Below are positions 30,045 through 31,807 of a DNA stretch of 31,807 bases, one piece after another. The notes beneath the pieces are model-generated. The model saw only the letters and a program-made list of their open reading frames with translations, ran no database searches and was not told the DNA's origin. The stretch's first letter is position 1; the number at the start of each line of letters is the position of its first letter. The position numbers and the translations under genes are program-made. Source of the stretch: a virus (Duplodnaviria; Caudoviricetes); the IMG/VR virus record IMGVR_UViG_3300048851_000227, positions 1-31,807 of that record; one strand, given 5' to 3'.

Positions 30045-30647
30045 TTAGTTAAGAGATTCAATATTAGCGGCTCTCAATACTTCAAGCTCATCAAGCACTG
30101 CTTTTATGTCGTAATACATAGTTCTGAAATTTCCAGACGGAGGCAGAGGCTCCTTCGGGTTTACATATTTGAAACCAAACTCCTCATAATAACTCGAAAT
30201 ATCATAGTTTGTGTCTGGGTCGTAGAGGGCATCCACGGTAATAAATCTGATTCCTACTCTATAAATAAGATCTGTTATTATATATTCAATTGCCCATTCC
30301 AAAAGTCTCCTTCCAGCCCTTTTTGCTCTCTTATCAGCCGCGAGCCATCCGATTTTGATTGCGGGAAATGTGATATAACCAACACCCTCGTTCTTCAATA
30401 ATGGAGCCTCAGTCATTAATTTATCAGCCATTAATGTGATGTATGCTGCTACTTTTTCTTCGTGCTCTATTATCCAGCACCTACTAGTTAGCGCCTTGCA
30501 TTCATTTTTTATCTTGTGTCCCTTTATGTAAGTAGCGAAATCATTCCGTACACACTTAAAACCCTGACCTATATCATCTAGGTCAGGGTTCAATTCTTTA
30601 ACTTCGTATTCAGAAAAGTCTACTCCTTCAAATCTACCTTGAGACAT
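30045..30647 (-). CDS. GNAT acetyltransferase, AtaT/TacT toxin-like
   Basis: FKC..FATYI, FPAIKIGWLA, GRRLL, GIRFITVDA, YYEEFGF. Confidence 0.85.
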   Translation of the reverse strand: MSQGRFEGVDFSEYEVKELNPDLDDIGQGFKCVRNDFATYIKGHKIKNECKALTSRCWIIEHEEKVAAYITLMADKLMTEAPLLKNEGVGYITFPAIKIGWLAADKRAKRAGRRLLEWAIEYIITDLIYRVGIRFITVDALYDPDTNYDISSYYEEFGFKYVNPKEPLPPSGNFRTMYYDIKAVLDELEVLRAANIESLN

Positions 30648-30804
30648 TATTTTTCTGCTGCTGAAATATCCTTTCTGCTATCCTTTTTGCTGTTGCCTTA
30701 CCTTGATCAGAAGCGACATAGCCACCAGAGTTTACTGCTCTAAGTAAAGTTCTAGCTTCTCTGCCAACAACTGGCTTTGATACTGTGTTGCCTGTATATT
30801 TCAT
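30634..30804 (-). CDS. 56-aa ORF overlapping the GNAT start, candidate antitoxin (not in ORF track)
   Basis: MKYTGNTVSKPVVGREARTLLRAVNSGGYVASDQGKATAKRIAERIFQQQKNNVSR; sits between the promoter and the GNAT gene. Confidence 0.7.
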   Translation of the reverse strand: MKYTGNTVSKPVVGREARTLLRAVNSGGYVASDQGKATAKRIAERIFQQQKNNVSR

Positions 30805-30826
30805 GATCTTACTAATTTTATTTCCT

Positions 30827-30834
30827 CAAAAGTA
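30827..30834 (-). promoter_or_regulatory. -7 promoter box for the small ORF-GNAT operon
   Basis: TACTTTTG on minus strand, 22 nt upstream of ATG 30804. Confidence 0.65.
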
Positions 30835-31195
30835 ACAAAACATTTACAAAAACATTTACAATACTTAGAGTTATTATTTCCCAACTATCTGGTTTTCAGG
30901 CTATTTTTGAACGTTTAGGGGGTCTTAATATTTAGACTAAAGTACTGTCAATCTGGCATTTGAGCTGAGTTGCGTATATTGGTTATAAGAACAAGATGCA
31001 CCTCAGGAATTTTAATACGTTTTTGAGGATTTTTCCTCACAAGGCAGTTATAATACGACTTAGGACAAAGTAAGGCAGGCATTAGGAGGGGGCGGAATGC
31101 GACTTAGCGTTCACGCACCTCATCGATCATCTTTTCTATTTTGGTGATGCGCTTATTAATCTCAGGATATATCTAGCCGAATGGTTATGAATATA

Positions 31196-31807
31196 CTATT
31201 GAGCGTCCTTCCTCAGTTTCTTATCAACAGATTTCTGGATTTTGGTATACCAAAGCAATATTCCAGATATGAATAGAATTAGTCCTGTAAATACCCCGAT
31301 TTCCTTCATTCCATTTATATATTCTAATCTCTTTTTCTTAATTAGGACAAGATTTTCTCGGTATTTAGAGAAACTTTTATTCGGATCAAAATTAGAGAAC
31401 GATATACTGCGCAAAGAGTCTAAGATCTCCTTTTCCAACACGTATCCATAATTGTCAGCTAGTTCCGGATAGGCTTTTTGTAAGAATTCCTGCTCAGCTC
31501 TATACCCTGCTTTTCCGGAGTTCCGCACCAAAGAATTCATTTTCAGTTTCCGAGTTATTGAATCTGCCGAGGGGGCTTTTTTGAAGTATGTCTTAATGAG
31601 TTCGAGGTGGGCTTTGCCGTTCTTGTTCGAAATTTCAAGCGAATCCGCTCTACGTCGGGTCTCGTATTCTTGGCGTGCAATCTCGATCAGGTATTCTTGC
31701 TCGATAATGTCTGGATAAACAATAAAGAATACAACCAAAAAAAGGCCCGAGAATGCGATAAATTTGTATAGATTATCGGAAGGAATTTGAGGTAAAAAGT
31801 CAGACAT
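31196..31807 (-). CDS. Hypothetical membrane protein with two TM helices
   Basis: Hydrophobic FIAFSGLFLVVFFIVYP and IGVFTGLILFISGILLWY flank a soluble loop. Confidence 0.75.
   Translation of the reverse strand: MSDFLPQIPSDNLYKFIAFSGLFLVVFFIVYPDIIEQEYLIEIARQEYETRRRADSLEISNKNGKAHLELIKTYFKKAPSADSITRKLKMNSLVRNSGKAGYRAEQEFLQKAYPELADNYGYVLEKEILDSLRSISFSNFDPNKSFSKYRENLVLIKKKRLEYINGMKEIGVFTGLILFISGILLWYTKIQKSVDKKLRKDAQ

Noticed and set aside
30968-30992. dif-like site
   Set aside because: Only vague resemblance; no convincing XerD arm or spacer

Overview
Temperate HK97-like siphovirus (prophage or phage contig), probably from a Bacteroidota host. The host call rests on TTTG-N20-TAnnTTTG promoters, an IntDOT-type integrase, a signal peptide followed by Gln and A-rich translation starts. 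Gene order: tandem-HTH CI-like repressor, Cro-like gene, BRO-KilAC antirepressor, Xis-like gene, integrase; a leftward accessory block (secreted protein, hairpin-dense non-coding region, two-HTH protein with a structured leader); HNH, putative cos, TerS, TerL, portal, frameshifted prohead protease, capsid, connectors, tail tube, G/GT chaperones, tape measure, a 2043-aa mosaic tail protein and an SGNH-type receptor-binding protein; then a small-ORF + GNAT pair. I recognised no helicase, primase, SSB or lysis genes. Best leads: (1) a plasmid-like control cassette made of a kissing-loop attenuator leader, a Rep-like HTH gene and a structured downstream region; (2) a 50-bp four-half-site operator whose geometry fits the double-HTH repressor; (3) a GNAT toxin-like gene with a tiny non-RHH partner; (4) a TTCATCAACA motif repeated just after stop codons in the late operon. 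All protein calls come from motif recognition and synteny; no database search was run.
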